Source: an uncultured bacterium
GTDB taxonomy: Bacteria > Sysuimicrobiota > Sysuimicrobiia > Sysuimicrobiales > Humicultoraceae
DNA: 52,149 nt
NCBI GenBank assembly: GCA_964526945.1
Contig: CAZGNA010000002.1
Span: 1 to 52,149, forward strand
Direction of reading: 5' to 3'
The position numbers were made by a program, and so were the translations under genes. Positions within the stretch are counted from its first letter, which is position 1. Each line of letters starts with the position of its first letter. This document shows, piece after piece, positions 51,544-52,149 of the stretch. Under the pieces are notes generated by a model. The model was not told the DNA's origin and did not search any database. It saw only the letters and a list, made by a program, of their open reading frames with translations.

Positions 51544-51596
51544 ATAATTCGCACTCTAATGGGGCAGTATTCTCAGTGGAGAGCAGCCTAAACCGA

Positions 51597-51614
51597 CGCG
51601 CACTCCGGTGCGCG
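51597..51614 (+). promoter_or_regulatory. perfect hairpin (7-bp stem CGCGCAC/GTGCGCG, loop TCCG) just 5' of the RBS of the last gene
   Basis: Read directly. AAGGAG at 51617-51622 and GTG at 51629 follow immediately. Confidence 0.5.
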
Positions 51615-51628
51615 CGAAGGAGACGCCG

Positions 51629-52149
51629 GTGCCGCGCTACCTCGTGACCGGCGGCGCGGGCTTCATCGGGGCGCACCTCGTGCGCGCCCTGGTGGAGCGT
51701 GACCAGCCGGTCCGGGTCCTGGACAACTTCTCGACGGGGACGTCCGCCAACCTGGCGCACGTCCTGAGCCAGCCCGTGCCCCAGCTGACGCCGGGCGACT
51801 GCGTGCGCGTGGGCCCGGTGGAGGTCCTCCACGGCGACGTGCGCGACCTGGAGGTCTGCCGGCGGGCGTGCGCCGGCGTGGAGGTGGTCTTCCACCAGGC
51901 GGCGATGCGCTCGGTGCCGCGTTCGGTGGACGATCCGCAGGGCGCCCACGCGCACAACGCCACGGGCACCCTGCACGTGCTGCTGGCGGCCGCGCAGGCC
52001 GGCGTGCGCCGGGTCGTCTACGCCTCGTCGTCGTCGGTCTACGGCGACACGCCCGCCCTGCCGAAGGTCGAGACGATGCCGCCCCAGCCGCTCTCGCCGT
52101 ATGCCGTCTCGAAGCTCGCTGGCGAGCAGTACATGCGCGTCTTCGCGCA
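51629..52149 (+). CDS. NAD-dependent nucleotide-sugar epimerase/dehydratase (WbpP/TviC/Gne-like), 3'-truncated by the window edge
   Basis: Not in the ORF track because there is no stop. GTG 51629 follows AAGGAG. Translation begins 'VPRYLVTGGAGFIGAHLVRALV...VFHQAAMRSVPRS...YASSSSVYGD...SPYAVSKLAGE' (GxxGxxG and YxxxK). Confidence 0.85.
   Translation, partial: MPRYLVTGGAGFIGAHLVRALVERDQPVRVLDNFSTGTSANLAHVLSQPVPQLTPGDCVRVGPVEVLHGDVRDLEVCRRACAGVEVVFHQAAMRSVPRSVDDPQGAHAHNATGTLHVLLAAAQAGVRRVVYASSSSVYGDTPALPKVETMPPQPLSPYAVSKLAGEQYMRVFA

Noticed and set aside
51494-51976. Minus-strand ORFs 51494..51976 and 50223..51554, whose translations contain 'LDPWIPGSLD'
   Set aside because: They are antisense to the nucleotidyltransferase and epimerase genes. 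The shared peptide is just the translated octamer SSR.
1-52149. rRNA, tRNA, tmRNA or known riboswitch sequences
   Set aside because: Scanning the intergenic gaps by eye showed no tRNA-like T-loop/acceptor patterns or recognisable riboswitch cores. This is a weak negative and should be confirmed with tRNAscan-SE and Infernal/Rfam.

Overview
High-GC (about 70% or more) bacterial chromosomal window with strong GGAGG-type ribosome-binding sites and many 4-nt start/stop overlaps. I saw no rRNA, tRNA, CRISPR array, transposase or integrase.

Layout:
- 0-20 kb: ordinary metabolism. This holds a fused indolepyruvate:ferredoxin oxidoreductase, a NitT/TauT-type ABC importer, an alpha/beta hydrolase, a cyclase, Mrp/ApbC, an aldehyde dehydrogenase, an OstA/LptA-like protein, an FbaB-type aldolase coupled to an AroE-like gene, an MDR oxidoreductase, a MoaD-MoaE fusion, an M48 protease, a PHP phosphoesterase and a Moco-sulfurase-like NifS-domain protein.
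- 20.3-30.4 kb: an outer-membrane glycolipid locus. The minus-strand operon is LpxB-like, MsbA-like, three tandem GT2 genes and an LpxB-related protein. It is followed by a decayed MNT/HEPN pair and a divergent LptD/OstA-like barrel.
- 30.6-52.1 kb: a glycan biosynthesis region. Its core (32.3-48.6 kb) is a visibly lower-GC, 17-gene, translationally coupled plus-strand operon. It is followed by a convergent O-antigen-ligase-like/DUF457 pair and flanked by sugar-activation genes.

Most unusual observations:
1. A 13-14-nt tandem repeat array (27611-27811) that, on the sense strand, forms six overlapping 5-codon mini-ORFs with ATGA junctions, ending exactly on the lpxB-like start codon.
2. A Tmk-like P-loop protein, a membrane-anchored Pol-beta nucleotidyltransferase and a methyltransferase embedded by 4-nt overlaps inside the glycan operon.
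3. An archaeal-type DUF1616 protein coupled to a 593-aa polytopic GT-C-like protein.
4. Two homopolymer-associated frame problems (MNT tail, first GT2 of the island), plus several short perfect tandem duplications and SSRs in leaders.

All family calls come from motif recognition by eye. None was checked against a database.
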